The position numbers and the translations under genes were made by a program. DNA of 64,000 nucleotides from Octopus vulgaris (taxonomy: Eukaryota): NCBI GenBank assembly GCA_951406725.2, contig OX597820.1, positions 104,904,001-104,968,000 on the forward strand, in the 5' to 3' direction. Under the pieces are notes generated by a model. That model was not told the DNA's origin. It saw only the letters and a list, made by a program, of their open reading frames with translations, and did no database searches. This document shows, one piece after another, positions 1-13,550 of this stretch. How positions within the stretch are numbered: the first letter of the stretch is position 1; every line of letters begins with the position of its first letter.

Positions 1-71
1 ACCTAGCAGAACCTCTTTGATTTCCAAAATAACTTTAGTTTTATATCATCTAATATATAAGAAATTCAAAA

Positions 72-282
72 GACAGCAAGCTGGCAGAATAGTTAGCACT
101 GGGCAAAATGCTTAGTAACATTTTGTCCATCTTTACGTTCTGGGTTCAAATTCTGCCAGAGTCGACTTTGCCTTTCATCTTTTCAGGGTCAATAAAATAA
201 GTACCAGCTGAGTACAGGAGTCAATGTAATCAACTTACCCAACTCCCCTGAAATTGCTGGCTTTGTGCCAATATTTGAAACA
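72..282 (+). mobile_element. tRNA-derived SINE, family A (Nin/Deu-like central domain)
   Basis: A-box-like gctggcagaatagttagc, B-box-like gggttcaaattc, then gtcgactttgcctttcatcttttcagggtcaataaaataagtacc. More than 15 related copies in the window, e.g. 3908-4215, 4750-4972, 15778-15950, 39685-39890, 43300-43520, 48510-48680, 51040-51190. Confidence 0.85.
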
Positions 283-329
283 AGTATACCAGATATTCAT
301 CAATAAACATTTATCCTTTGACAGTAGCA

Positions 330-590
330 GTGATCAGTTTCTTTGCCTCATTCTCTCCAAACATACAATCAACAATATCTTTGCAGTGGAGCAAGATTAA
401 AATTTCAGCAATTGAGTAAGGTTTCTTATTTTTTGCAATTCTCAAGACGAGGTGATACTTGGTAGGAAAGCCACTCTGGTGAAGTTCGCATACATTTCAG
501 ATAAGATGCCTTCTGTCCAAAATATGATTGTTCTTTGTCAGCTTTTGGTTGTGATTCATGTACTCCAAGTAATTCTTCTTGTATACTCTT
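330..590 (-). pseudogene. hAT (Charlie/Buster, ZBED5/8-like) transposase fragment
   Basis: Frameshifted translation gives ADKEQSYFGQKASYLKCMR ... SYQVS / RIAKNKKPYSIAEILIL / CKDIVDCMFGENEAKKL, resembling the Buster-family RIAKxKKPxTIAExLI motif. Confidence 0.7.
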
Positions 591-763
591 AGGGAAAAAC
601 ATATGGTTAGAAAACACCAGAACCAAAGCCCCTATTTACTATCTTTTGAGAAAAGCATGAAAATATAAGACATATTACTTTAGCCCAATAAAACTATTTC
701 TTATCTCGAGTTAGACATAGCGACGGTCCATCATACACACTGGAGATCGAAGTTTCATTCGGC

Positions 764-886
764 GGCAATCTTTCGATACAGGTACACGACGTCATTCACC
801 CACAAAACTTTCCCTCAAGATATAAAGAGGCGAGGCTGAAAAGGGTGAATGACGTCGTTTCCACATACCGATATCGAAGGATCGCC
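764..886. repeat. Short imperfect inverted repeat (hairpin)
   Basis: Perfect 16-bp core ACGACGTCATTCACCC (786-801) / GGGTGAATGACGTCGT (843-858), with imperfect outer arms. Confidence 0.8.
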
Positions 887-2699
887 AACACATTTTTTAA
901 TACACATTAGAAAACTAGTCCCAGATACTCCATAAAGTACATGAGGATTGCAGCTGGAATAAGCCTGTCATCATAGATGTGTGCTCAATCAAATTTTGCT
1001 TCGGGTTAAACAACAACTAAGCAATGCTGTAAAACAGATAAAACTGATAACGAAGACGTAAAACTTTAATACATACGTGTACATTGTATCATGGCTAACT
1101 GCAACTAAATCTCCACTCAAAACTCGCCCTTATTATCTTAAGGAAAGGACATCGTATACTATTTGTCGTTGACTAGAAGGGATGGTCAGGTCATGGCGAA
1201 CGCCTCTATCCTAAACCTGCTGAATGCCTAGGACAAAACAACATCACAATTCTTATTCATTCAAACGATTTTCTTTTTCTTCGTAATTTCACTTTTCATA
1301 ACCTCTAGATTTCTTTAACGAAAATATATTCTTTACAAAATCGCAGTGACAACTTGCGTGTTTATTTATTTCATTTACTTTCCCACTACACAATGATTTG
1401 TACGCAATAACACGAGTAAAAAAATATCAAAACAAAACCTCTCTAAAGGGAATAATCAATGCTTTTCGAAATTGGGTTCTTAATCGCTTCTAAAAGATAC
1501 AGAACATTGGCAGAAATATTTTAAGGGAACACTATAAATTGTAGTTCGTAGTGTTACTAGTACTATACGACCTAGGTGGGATAATGAAAGGTGAAGTTGA
1601 CCTGACAGGATTTGAACTTGAAGTTTACATCGAAGTGGCGATATTTAAATACTCTTGTGTCGGTGTTCAACTGCATGAACGAAGCATCTTCACTGTCTCA
1701 TCAAATGCATAATTTCTTTTATTGGCACAAGCACTTTTTATTGTGAAGGTAATCGATTCCAATGAAATTAAATATAAGACCACACTTACTCCGACTGTCG
1801 CCCTATTCTACAGCCTTTTCCATGATAATGATGTCTAATCTTACCATGAGTCTGCATATTTTGATCAACGTAAATCGACCTCAAGTACATAAATTATATC
1901 TTTATCTTTCTTATCAACCAACCAGCCACGGAAAGATAAAGCCAAACTTGAGGACTTGGCGGGATTTTAATATAAAGGGACATAACTACTACTCATGACA
2001 TCTAATCCGGCACGTTACTAAACTAACAACCTGTACCTTGAAAGTCTTTTCATAATAATCGGTTTTTAACTGTGGCAAAATATAATAAAATTTGAGACTG
2101 AATCAAAGAAATAAAGCGTTTTCATTTTATATGCCCTGGAAGAGATGAAACACTAAAGCACTCCATCTCTCCACCATGTGACAATGAATAATATTTAGTA
2201 AATATATTTTATTAAGTAATAACATGTAATCTTTAAGAGTGAATATATCGAATAATAAGGAAATAATAGAAGATTAAGTAGTATTTTATATTGCAATTAG
2301 ATAACTGATTTCTAAACAAAGGCACAGGGTCATTACGGGGAGGCGGAGGAGGAAGAATAATGATCATTGCAATAAAGGTATAAACGCAATATGGACTGAA
2401 TATAGCTGAGAACCTGTTTAATTTGTTATTTTAATTGCAGAAACTAAATAACAAAATATATCGGCGAATATACATATATGCCCGAATAGTTAATTAACAA
2501 ATCAATTTAATTGATGACTCGATCGTATAGCTTCATTCAGTTACATTAGCAAACGAATACACAAACTAAAAGCAATATATTCCAGTCTTTTTTAGATAGA
2601 TTAATAGCAGTAATTTTTATAATGATTTTAAAAACATTTCAGATTTTGTCCACTAAAAAGTAGAAAGACTAGATCAGGTTAATTATCCTTTCGTGTACG

Positions 2700-2730
<31 letters not shown>

Positions 2731-4223
2731 GCATGTGTACGTGTGTATATATACTCTTTCATCGACATCGTTCAAATTCCCGTAGTTAAAATGCCGTTAT
2801 ACATATGAATCAAAACCGGAAATTATTCAAGCTATAAGTTTTCAGTTTGTAGATGTATAATACAATAACACTACCTTTGATATGTGAGGAAAATGAGACA
2901 TATCTAGTTAAATAACATAAGCAAAATATGTCTTCAGAACAGATCCTTTCTTCATACGTATAACCTTATGATAGTCGTCAACAAGGAAAATATGAGGCAC
3001 ATACCTTGCACCTATATCCGTATTTCTTTTCCTCGATTCCAGTTCTTCTTTTTTTGTTTTAGATTGTTAGAATTCCGTTTGCTTGTTATAATATATCGCT
3101 GTGATTATGAAATCCGCTCAATCTAGAGAATGTTGCCAGGATCTTCGGTGGTCATACGATATCACCATCTCAGTCGGATTCTTTGTTAAACAGAAATCAA
3201 TCAATTTTGAGGTCTTTGAAAATGGGTTACCTCCCTTTAAAGTATTGCAACAACGTTGAATTTACAAAGAAAGTAAATATTTAGATTAAACTGTAGAATC
3301 ACCTTACCTTGTTTATATAAATAATACTACCTACAACGAACAATCACAGTAATATCAACGACCTTGTCTTGTAATCTAAGCCATTAAATTACCGAGTCCT
3401 AACACCAGTGCACAGGAAAGGCTAATTTCTATATGGATTACCAAAAGGGACATTATTGTTCGAGTGTCATGGCTTCTGAGATATGTACAGAACCACAAAT
3501 TTGTGGAGCAGAAAGCTGGATTTTATATTAATTTAATGCTTGATTGGTTATAGGTACTTATTTTACCGACTCCGGAAGAATGATAGTTGCTTTTTGTAGG
3601 ATTCGATCTCAGATTATAAAGGAATGCAACTAAATACTGCAATGCATTTTCCAGACCCTCAACCAGTTCAAATGCAGCATTCTTTACCACATCATAAATG
3701 ACACCATGCCACTCAATTTGAGATGCAACATTCAATTTTTTTCTTGAACCCAAAATTACATCATATTAATGGTATATAAGTGGACAAAATAAAGAATAAA
3801 ATATTTTGGTCGAAGATCGAGGACAGAGGCCACAAATAGTAGTATAAGGTGTCAAGGACTTCTTGTGGTTTTAATAAATGACAACGAAACATCAATAATA
3901 ATAATAATCCTTTCTACTAAATTTTGGGGAAGGGGACTAGTCAGTATTTGACTAGTGCTTAATTTATCCACCCCGAAAGGATACAAGACAAAGTCGACCT
4001 CGGCGGAATTTGAACCCAGAACGAGGTACCGCTAAGCATTTTGCCCGGCGTGCTGACGTCTCTGCCTGCTCGCCACCTTCAAATTTTTCCACAATTTGGT
4101 GGGAGGGAATTAGTCGATTATATCAGCCCTCAATGTTTCACTGGTACTTTTTTTATCGACCCCGGAAGGATGAAAAGAATTTGAACTCAGAACATAGCGA
4201 CGGGCGAAATACTGCCAAGCATT

Positions 4224-4645
4224 GAATCTTTTCGGTTTGACCGGCAGTTTTTTAAAATAATTTCCACGTAACTAAACACTTTTAAACTTCGTATACTGGT
4301 AGAATGTGTTTATAAAACATCTTTTTCTCTTGGCTTTATTGAGAAAATTCTATAGTTTGTAAGGTATTTGTAGTTTTTTTTCTGCAATTTCAACCAATCA
4401 ATGACGTCTATTGAGGTGAAAACATTCGGTGCCGTATGAATATGTCCCTCGTTTAAGAAACAGATTGGGTTTATTTACATTTCTGAAGAAAAAATATACC
4501 CTTCCCCCACCTCTAACCCTAACCCTAACCCTAACTAACTCTAAAACAGATTGAAATGCAATAGATCGATACTAGGGTCATAATTATGGGTGACAATTTC
4601 ATATGACACCGCTAGAAAAAACTGCCGTTCAAACCGAAAAGATCC
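4224..4645 (+). mobile_element. MITE with ~28-bp TIRs and internal (CCCTAA)n, inserted in a family A SINE
   Basis: TIRs g(a)atcttttcggtttgaccggcagttttt / aaaaactgccgttcaaaccgaaaagatcc. 8-bp TSD CAAGCATT (4216-4223, 4646-4653). A second copy lies at 21162-21598. Confidence 0.9.
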
Positions 4646-4690
4646 CAAGCATTTTGTCTAGCGTGCTAACGATTCTGCCAGCTCGCTGCC

Positions 4691-4749
<59 letters not shown>

Positions 4750-4999
4750 CCTTTCTACTGGAAGCAGAAGGCCTCAAATTTGGAGGAAGAGATTAAGTCA
4801 ATTACATCGACTCCAGTGCATAACTGGTACTTAATTTATCGACCCCCCCCCCTAAAAAAGGATGAAAGGCAAGGTCGACCCCAGCGGCATTTGAACACAG
4901 AACCTGAAGACAGACGAAGTACTGCTATGCTTTTCGCCCGGCGTGCTAACGATTCTGCCAGCTCACCGCTTTAATATTAACAACAACAACAACAACAAC

Positions 5000-5058
<59 letters not shown>

Positions 5059-5061
<3 letters not shown>

Positions 5062-5553
5062 TTGCCCTGTTTCAGTACCAGGCAGTGGCTTTCATGCCTT
5101 CTCATCTTAACTGATTGGAAGTGTGTTCATGTACATTGTTTTATCTTGGTATAAATGATGGGCTACAGCAAATATTCTGCTCAATACCACCGTTGTTTGA
5201 CCATAACCAGTTGAGCATGTCGCTTAGTGGCTGACGATATGTACATCTCTGATCATGAGTAGAAGTAGTAAGGGAGCATCGTAGCCATGTGTTGTGAGGA
5301 ATTCTTTGGGATTTGGATAATTCCCCTCTAGAGCGGGATGGGCTACTCAACCAGAAGAAAATTCTAATTGGGCCCCACCTGCAAGGTCATGTGCTGTTTA
5401 TCTTGATATAAGGTCACCATGTCGCGCACATATGGTTGTGATGCATGTGCCTGGTGTACCCTTATTAGACGGGTAGTCATGATGGGTATACTGGGCTTCG
5501 TATATTTGTACCCCAGTGTCACTTTGATGGCATGCACTGCTCTTTCACTCAGT
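5059..5553 (+). repeat. Dispersed repeat family C, embedded in (AAT)n
   Basis: Highly similar to 13551-13997 and to 14038-14105 plus 15342-15721. All copies are flanked by (AAT)n and end gcactgctctctcactc. Confidence 0.85.
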
Positions 5554-5565
5554 AATAATAATAAT

Positions 5566-8500
5566 GATTTCTTTATTAACCACATAGAGCTTATATGTAT
5601 TTTAATAAAAGCATTGTGGACAACACAGGACAATACAATGTGTGGTTACATAAAATTCATGTAAACTATGAAAAACTAAATAATCGAATATAACAACAAA
5701 ATTCCCCAAGAGTGGGAAACCTCCTAGGACCGCTCGTGAAACCCCCACAAGTTCACAACAGTCCTGACCACCAGGGTAAGTGCCCTTTCCACTTTGTCTA
5801 CAGGCGCATGCTTAGAGTAGGCCCATTCACTCGGGCCATTCTTGCAACATTCACCCTCCTTTTAACAAAATTGCTTGGAGGCAGCACTTCCCTATCTACA
5901 CTCACTTTCCTTTTCAAGTGTAACTTGAAAACGTTGATGAGAACTTGACCAAAGAGGAAAATGTGTTTTCAGCCTTTTCAATCTGATCCACCTCACAACC
6001 TCTTTCGCTAAGGCCATCAAGGAAAGAAAAATAGCCTGTTCCCTCCCTGCCAAAGCAAGGTGGCGGGACGCGAAATTTTTTTCCCAAAAAAGTTCCGGAC
6101 CCCAGTTATGAGCTCATTTGCATTCAGCCAATCAAAGCTCAACTATCAAACTAGTGTCCACCTGGTCACGAAAATACTCTGGTTGAGTTCAATGGAAAAT
6201 GTGCGTTATAACAAAATCCAACTGTTCTAAACGGGTTAATAGGGATGACAAATGTAAAGTTTAGTGTATAAAGAGAATGGAGAGCTGTTCACCGACAATG
6301 CCATAAGTGTTGCCAATTTGCGTAATTTACGAGAAAATATGTGTGTAATTTCGTAATTTTCTGATTGATTTTTGTACACTCCTCATTTAAAATGTTTATG
6401 TTGATCTGGAAACATCGTAATCAATGGCGTTGTGTCGTATTGCACCCTCTTTGCATATATCCGTGGGTACATGCAGTATCAATAATCTCAGTCTGAGCAT
6501 AGGTACCTAATGGTAGCTCCATATAGAGATGGTGCTCAATTGATCTATGAGGACGGTGGGGAAATGTGCTTATGTGAGACCTGCTATGCTGTACTCACAC
6601 AGTGACATACACCATTCTATGCCTGACTGTTTGTACTGTAGTAGTACACGGTATGTGAATTTTCCAGGTGAGCTCTGATTGGCTGTATGCAAATGAGTTC
6701 ATTACTGAGGTCAGGAACTCTCGTGGGAAAAAAAATTTCGCCGGCGGGACTATCCTCACGATGGACTTAGACGATAGCTGGATCCTACACGCGACAGCAG
6801 GTGTTCGACATAAACCCACAACTCAGAAATACTCAAGCACTGGACGAGAGCGTGCAGAACGGTTTCGTCACTCTGCGCGCATCTCAGGCAAGCCCGGCTG
6901 ACTGCACTTCCGTGTTGTAGAGTTTATCTCGAACAGGTAGTGCTCCCCGTAGCACTACCAGGCCAAGGATTTCTGGAAATTATCCATAAGCACCGTCCCG
7001 AAAGTTCTCCAGAACAGACCACCCAACTCGTTCTTGTCGACGTCCAGTGTCTCCCTGAGAGCATCGTCGCACTTACCCGCCACTGACCCTCTATAGAACG
7101 CCATAGTGGAATTTCCACCGACCACATTGCCCCACTGACAGGGGAGTGTGAGCGCCTGACGATATATTAGGTGCCAGGCGCCTTTCCTCGGTCAATGCTT
7201 GATCCAGGACTGTAGCTCAGTCAAAGAGACAAGCTGTGAGAAAACGCATTTGACAAACGGCGACCACATCTGCTCACCATCTAGGAAGCGCTGGAGATAC
7301 TGCAGCCTGAAGGAATGTCTACGCATCAATAGCCACAGTATGCCTAGCCCTCCATATAGCAGGTGTTGACAGCAAATGGAGATCCTGACCAGTGGAACGC
7401 GTTCTTTCCACAGAAAGCGGAATAGTAGGCGATCCAGTTTGGTCAGACTCGAACCGGGACAGAGCATGACGGTCAGGCAATAGTAGATGACGGATGCGAT
7501 GTAAACATTCACCACCCCACCCGACCTTTCAAGGATAGCTTTCTCTCAGCCCATTTCTGGATGAGATTAGCCACTCTGCTCGCTACCTCGTCCCAGTTCT
7601 TCTCCACCTGGAGATCTAGACCGAACAAGACCCCGAGCAATTTAACAGGTCCTTGCGTTCAGCGTCCACGATGTTGTTGGAAGGCATGGACCTGCATCTT
7701 CAGGTGCCGAGTTGCAAGCCCACTGACTTCTGATTAATTTTTGCTCCTGTCACCGCTTCGTATTCATTTAGAGCGGTACCGACCAGTTCTATGTGCTTGG
7801 TGTGCGACACTGTGACGGTGATGTCTGCGTATGCCGACACGGTTCTCTCACATCCTAGGTCGCGCTGGATGCCTCTCAACGCCTCCAATTTCCGCAGTAG
7901 TGTCTCTAGAGCCATCACATATAGAAGAGACGAGAGGGGACACCCTTGATGGACCGAACGCATAATGCTGAATGATTCCGATATGTAACCATTCACCCGA
8001 ACTACCGAGTAGATGTCGTTGTACATTGCTGCGATCCAGCCACAGAAACCAGCTGCCGTGAGGACGGCCACCAAGTATTGGTGGTTGACCCTATCAAAAG
8101 CTTTAGACTGATCCAAATTGATCAACACCCCACCCATGCCAGCTTCATTCCCCGCCCTGTCTGTGATGTGTCGCATGAGGTGGAAGCTGTCGTGGATGGA
8201 TATGCTTGGGATGGTGCATGTTTGCGCATCATCAGTCAGTTCCTCGACGACAAGCGCCAACCTCTTCGCTAACATCTTGGTCAAAATTTTGAAGTCTGCG
8301 TTTAGCAGCGTTATGGCCCGAAAATTTTCTATTTGATCCCACTTGTTTGGGTCATTTCTCGGCTCACAGAACTAGAAATTCGCCCGTTCTCTTGCCAGGT
8401 GCGGTAGATATCTGCTAAGAGGTCGCCAAACAAGTCTGTCATGTGATAGTAAAGCACGTAGAGCAGACCATCCAAACCAGGCGATTTTCGCCCCGTGTAG

Positions 8501-8570
8501 CCCTTCATTGTTGTCCATCATTTCTTGACATGTTGAGGCTCTTCCACTCAGGCTCATCGAGCGGCTTGAA
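5566..8570 (-). mobile_element. Tx1-like (L1 group) LINE, 5'-truncated copy: RT, Zn-finger and 3' UTR; degenerate
   Basis: SPGLDGL, LDQSKAFDRVNH, VHQGCPLSSLLY, SAYAD, FRFLWK..PLV motifs. Ends in AATAAA plus an (ATT)n tail. Multiple stops and frameshifts. Confidence 0.9.
6070..6741. mobile_element. MITE with ~80-bp TIRs and 9-bp TSD (Mutator-like), inserted in Tx1 ORF2
   Basis: TIRs gcgaaattttttttccc...ctcatttgcattcagccaatca / tgattggctgtatgcaaatgag...gggaaaaaaaatttcgc. Flanks TGGCGGGAC / CGGCGGGAC. Removing it restores the LINE frame RIVPPPCFGREG. Confidence 0.85.
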
Positions 8571-8589
8571 TTCACTCGTTTCTTAGAGG

Positions 8590-11500
8590 AAAGCGGATAG
8601 ATTATCTTCACAATAGATTCAGCTGATAGCTGGATCCGTCCAACACTTGACAGTAGGTGTGAGGCATAAACCCATAAGTCAACAATGCTCGGGCACTGGA
8701 TGAGAGCGTGCAGAACAGTTTTGTCGCTATGCGCGCATCTCGAGCAAGCCCGGCTGACGGCATTGCCATGCCTACAGAGTTTATGCTGAACCGGCCATGC
8801 CCACCACATCTGGTAGCACAGCCAGGACAAGGATTTCTGGAAATTATCCATTGGCCCTGACCCGAAAGTCCTCCGGGACGCACCAAGCAGGTGATTCTCA
8901 TATACATCCAGAATCTCCCCGAGAACGTCGTTGCACTTGCCCGCCACTAACCCTCCAAACAACGCCAGAGCGGAACTACCCCCGACCACATTGTTCAACT
9001 GACATAAGACTGTGAGTGCTTGACGACACTCTAGATGTCAGGCGCCCTGCCTCGGTCTACGCTAGATCTAGGACTGCAGCTCGGTCAAAGAGACGAGTTG
9101 TGGAAAATCCTTGTGACAAACGGCGATTATACTTGCTCACCGTCAAGGCAGCCCGGGAGATGTCGTAGCCTAAGCGCATGTCTGCGCATCTGCAGCCACG
9201 GCATGTCCAGCTCTCCATTTAGCGGGTGTTGGCAGCAAATGGAGTGCCTGACTAGTGGAACGCATCCCCTCCACAGAAAGCGGAAGAGTGCGCGCCCCAG
9301 TTTGGATCGGACGTAAACTGGAACAAAGTAAGACGGTCAGGCGGGAATATATAATGGAGTCACCTCTGCCTGATCTTTCATGTATAGTTTTCTCTCGGTC
9401 CATTTCTGAAGGGGACTGGCCACTCTGCTTGTCATCTCGTCCCAGTTCTTCACCTGGAGGTCCAGACCGAACCAGACTCCGAACAATTTAACCGGTTCCT
9501 CCATCCAGCGTCCCACAACGTTATTGGACGACTTGGACCTGCATTTCCATGTGCCACGCTGCAGGCCCACTGACTTTTCTTGATTAATTTTTGTTCCTGT
9601 AACCGCCCCATATTCTTTTAGAAAAGTGCAAACCAGGTCTATGTGCCTGATATTCGATACTATAACGGTGACATCGTCTGCATATGCCGACACGGTTCTT
9701 CTACCTCCTAGTTCGCTCAGGCTACCTCTCAACATCTCCAATTTCCGCAGTAGTGGCTCTAAGGTCTGTACGTACAGATGTTGAATGGTTCCGATAGGTA
9801 ATCATTCACCCGAACTACCGATCAGATGTCGTTGTTCATTGCAGCGATTCACACACGGAAAACTGGACCGAAACCGGACGTCGTGAGAACAGCCGCCAAG
9901 TATTGTTGGTTGACCCTATCGAAAGTTTTAGGCCTAAAATTTTGAAGTCTGCGTTCAGCAGCGTTACGGGCCTAAAAGTTTCATCCTTCTGGTTCGGGTC
10001 TTTCCTCAGCAGTGCCACCTCTCCTCGATTCACAGAATTAGGAATTCTCCTGTTCAGCTGCCAGTTGCGGTAGATATCAGCTAAAAGGCGACCAAGCAAG
10101 TCTGCCATTTCAAAGTAAAGCTCGGAGGACAGATCATCCACACCAGGTGTTCTGCTCCCCGTGCAGCCCATCGTTGCAGCCCGTAGTTCTGCGGCTGTTA
10201 TCGGCATTTTGCAACGCTCAACTCCCTTACCGAGCGCGTTCCGGCTGCCATTCGTCCCAAACAGTTGGGCAAAATGCTGTTGATATGCCTCACACCTCAC
10301 ACTTCGGGCTTGAGTACCGTACGCTCACTTTGGTTCGCCAATGACCGAACCGTGGCTTTGTTGCTACGTTGTCCCTCTACCACTCAGACCTATCGAGCGA
10401 CTTCAGTTTCCTCGTTTCTTAGAGCACGCGCTTTGGCTCTAACAATACATCCTGCGTGCTTAGCGTTGAAGAATTGGTCCAATCTCGCCGCCAGCATGTT
10501 GGTTACGATGTCCTTCCAAAGCGCATCTTCTAAGTTTTTAACTAAGCTTCCCTCTATTCGATTCTTTTTTATTGTTAATGCCTAAACCCAGTTGATTATA
10601 CACTAATTGTCCTTTTCGGGACAAACCACCATTTGTTGTTGACAACTGACCCTGTCAACGCTCGCTTAATTAATTCGCTAATCCGGTTTCTGTAAGCTTG
10701 GCACGCTGGGAGTGACGATTCAGCTTCCAGTAACCAGATCCCTGCCTACGAAGTCTATCTAAGTCGACAGTGAAGACCATAAATTTGTGGTCTGTATAGC
10801 CGACGACTTTGAAAAGTGGGCAACGTATACTACCTTTATCTACTAGCCTACAGAATAGTCTATCTAGATACGACTTAGATGACCCGATGCGGTTCGTCGA
10901 TGTCCACAGTGGCACATTCGGCAAATCCAGTCGGTATCGGTCAGACAGTTGAAAACATTTGAGCAGGTTTGTGAGGCTTTTGCACTCCGCTCTTCTAACG
11001 GTTAGTCCCACACAATTTAAGCGTGCGTTCAACATAGTGTTCCAGTCACTCATTAGCACTAAAGGTCGAGACATTCCCAGGAAAGCCTCCAGACGTCTGA
11101 AGAAATCTGGTTGCCCTGCCCTTGTCGAAGCATAAACACCCACCAGTCTGAAGGTATCACCGTCGCTGTTGTTCACATTCAGGACCACCAACTTAAATTC
11201 AGGGTCCAGGAAGTTAGTCCTTATCTTGAGATCCAGACCTTTCCGGAATGATACTGCAGTTACACCCAACATTTGCGGTTGGCATGGAGATAAGAAAATC
11301 TCATACCCACCGATAATAGGTATGGAAGCTTGTCGGTTGGAGAGTCTGATTTCACTGATAGTCACTACATCTAAACTTAGTGACCAATGGTCATCGAGTA
11401 GGTGGCCCTGTTTCCAAGTTGACTCTATGTCACATGCATTTATACAGCCTGTCCTTAGCAAAGCCATGTTTGTTACCCTATTTCTGTGGAGAGACATATT

Positions 11501-13434
11501 CTTTCCTTCTGGCTATCTGTGAGTGTCTCCACAAGCATTTTATTTATGGTCCCACGAAAATATCTAATTTCTTTGGGATATTTTGCTTTCAGTTTGTTGT
11601 TTATTGTGTTGTTTTTATAATTTTTATGTGAATTGGTGTTATGCGGGAATGCGGAGTATCATTCAAAGTAATATGCATGTTCTTGTTGTTTGTGTCTACG
11701 GTCGTTTAATTATTGATGCCTTGGGAGTGCTGTTCATGTTGATCTGGATTGCTATGTGTTTACGTTTACTGAGGTGTTTGTAATGGTGGTGTTTGCAGTG
11801 TCGGAGAAGTTTGTGATTGCATTGGTGTGTGATGGTTTATTAATTTGTGTCTTCTCCTCTGATCATTTTGTTTTTAGTTTTGTACCGCGCTTTTCATTTG
11901 TAATTTTTCCCCCTTTTTCCTTTCACCAGGATCCATTCTGATGAGTTTCCAAGACTGTTTTCTTCACTAGACGAGATTTCACGTAGGAAAGATCTGTGTC
12001 AAGTGGGACAGGTATGTCTGTACAGTCATGCGTTTCTAATCTGGTGATTTGGTCGACAGGTGAAGGTAAGGTTTAACTCGGTTGCATTGGTGCAGGTGTT
12101 GTTATTGTTTTCTCGGTTGTGGTACTAGTGCTTCCTGCTGATGTTGCTGAATGGGTCTCTCTCTTGCTGTGCTTTCTGATGGTGCTGTTTTTGGCACTGA
12201 TGCTGTTGGCATTGTTGTTGCTTCTGTTGTTTTTGTTGCTGCTATTGTTGTTATTCGAGGTGTCTGCAGCATCGATTTCTTTTCTTTGCTTGGGATAGAA
12301 AGCCTCTAAACGGTTTGTTTCGCTACAAGTGTGGTTTCACGGTTTTCTGCCTTCTACTGCTACAGATAACAGTGTTCCATTATGGAGGTTGATCAAGTCA
12401 GGGATAGCTTCGATACTGTTCCGATCAACGTATACCATCAATTCCATACTTGTGCCTGACCAATTCTCCTTTAACATTCTGTAGGCTCGCAGAATTTTTG
12501 TTTGTTCTCTATGTCGTATAATACCAGCAAAGGGATGTTCACATCTGGTGGAATCTCCGTTATCTTTATTATGACGACCCTCTGATCGAGATAAGTCGGA
12601 ATTAGCCGAACTCCTAACTTTTGATGATTGTCGTTGCATTTTCTATGGCTAATTCTTCAGTTGAGAATCTTACCTCAATTGTGCCAAAGCGTCTCCTAAG
12701 GGCGACATAAGTTGTTAAACCACAGACCAGTTTCAGGCGTTTTTCCATCTGGCCTGCATCGCCCAAGTCTTCTCGTATTCATTGCAATACATTTATATAT
12801 AAGGTTTTTTTCTTCTTAATGTGTCCTTGCACTTTGTCTGGTGTGTTAAAGAAGACTGTTCAGTCATTCTTTGTTCAGTCCATCTTAGCGTCACTCAATA
12901 TTTTTCCATTTTCTGATAGTCTTGTACGAAACTGTTTCTAATCTGCATAAAATAAAAAGAACAGCCGATGTTGTCGTTTTATTAAGGTTTGTAGTAGTGG
13001 TGGTGGCGGTGACGGTGGGGATTTTGTAGGTGTTGGGGACAGTGGTGGAGGTCGTGCTCGCATCATTTTTAAATATATCTTGTTCGTCACTGCTGCTTGT
13101 GCTTCTATCTTTGTTGTTACTGTTGCTGCTGTCTGTGCTTCGTTTTTCGACCATCTCAACTAGTAGTGAGAAAACAATGTCATAGCGACTATTCCAACAG
13201 CCTTCGCTTCACTCGATTGAGAAGCCATATTGATGTTTTTACGTATTAAAATATTAAATTTGCAATTTTAAATCTCAAAATTCGCCCTTTAAAAGGGCGA
13301 ATTCTCGCCAAACCAGCTCGCTCCGCTTGCAGCGAGCTGAGTTATTTAGTTAACAGTTCCACAAAGTTTGTAATACCAACTAATAAAACAACAAATTTTA
13401 AAGAAAGCTCTCGAGCTACGAACAAGCGTCCTCT
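8590..13434 (-). mobile_element. Tx1-like LINE, 3'-truncated copy: ORF1 remnants, APE endonuclease, RT, Zn-finger; degenerate
   Basis: APE ORF 10670-11497 (CIN, DVVTISE, VGVYA, SDWN, YLDR, TDHK, GYWKLN). RT pieces TPGVD, FRPVTLLNADFKIL, SAYADD. Zn-finger CSRC...ETVLHALIQC-like. S/T-rich ORF1 remnants at 12337-13154. Confidence 0.92.
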
Positions 13435-13471
13435 CACTCTCCAGATACAAACAAAAACAACAACAATGATG

Positions 13472-13541
<70 letters not shown>

Positions 13542-13550
13542 TAATAATAA

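Noticed and set aside
72-150. tRNA genes suggested by A/B boxes
   Set aside because: The boxes belong to SINE heads; no cloverleaf or Pol III terminator context.
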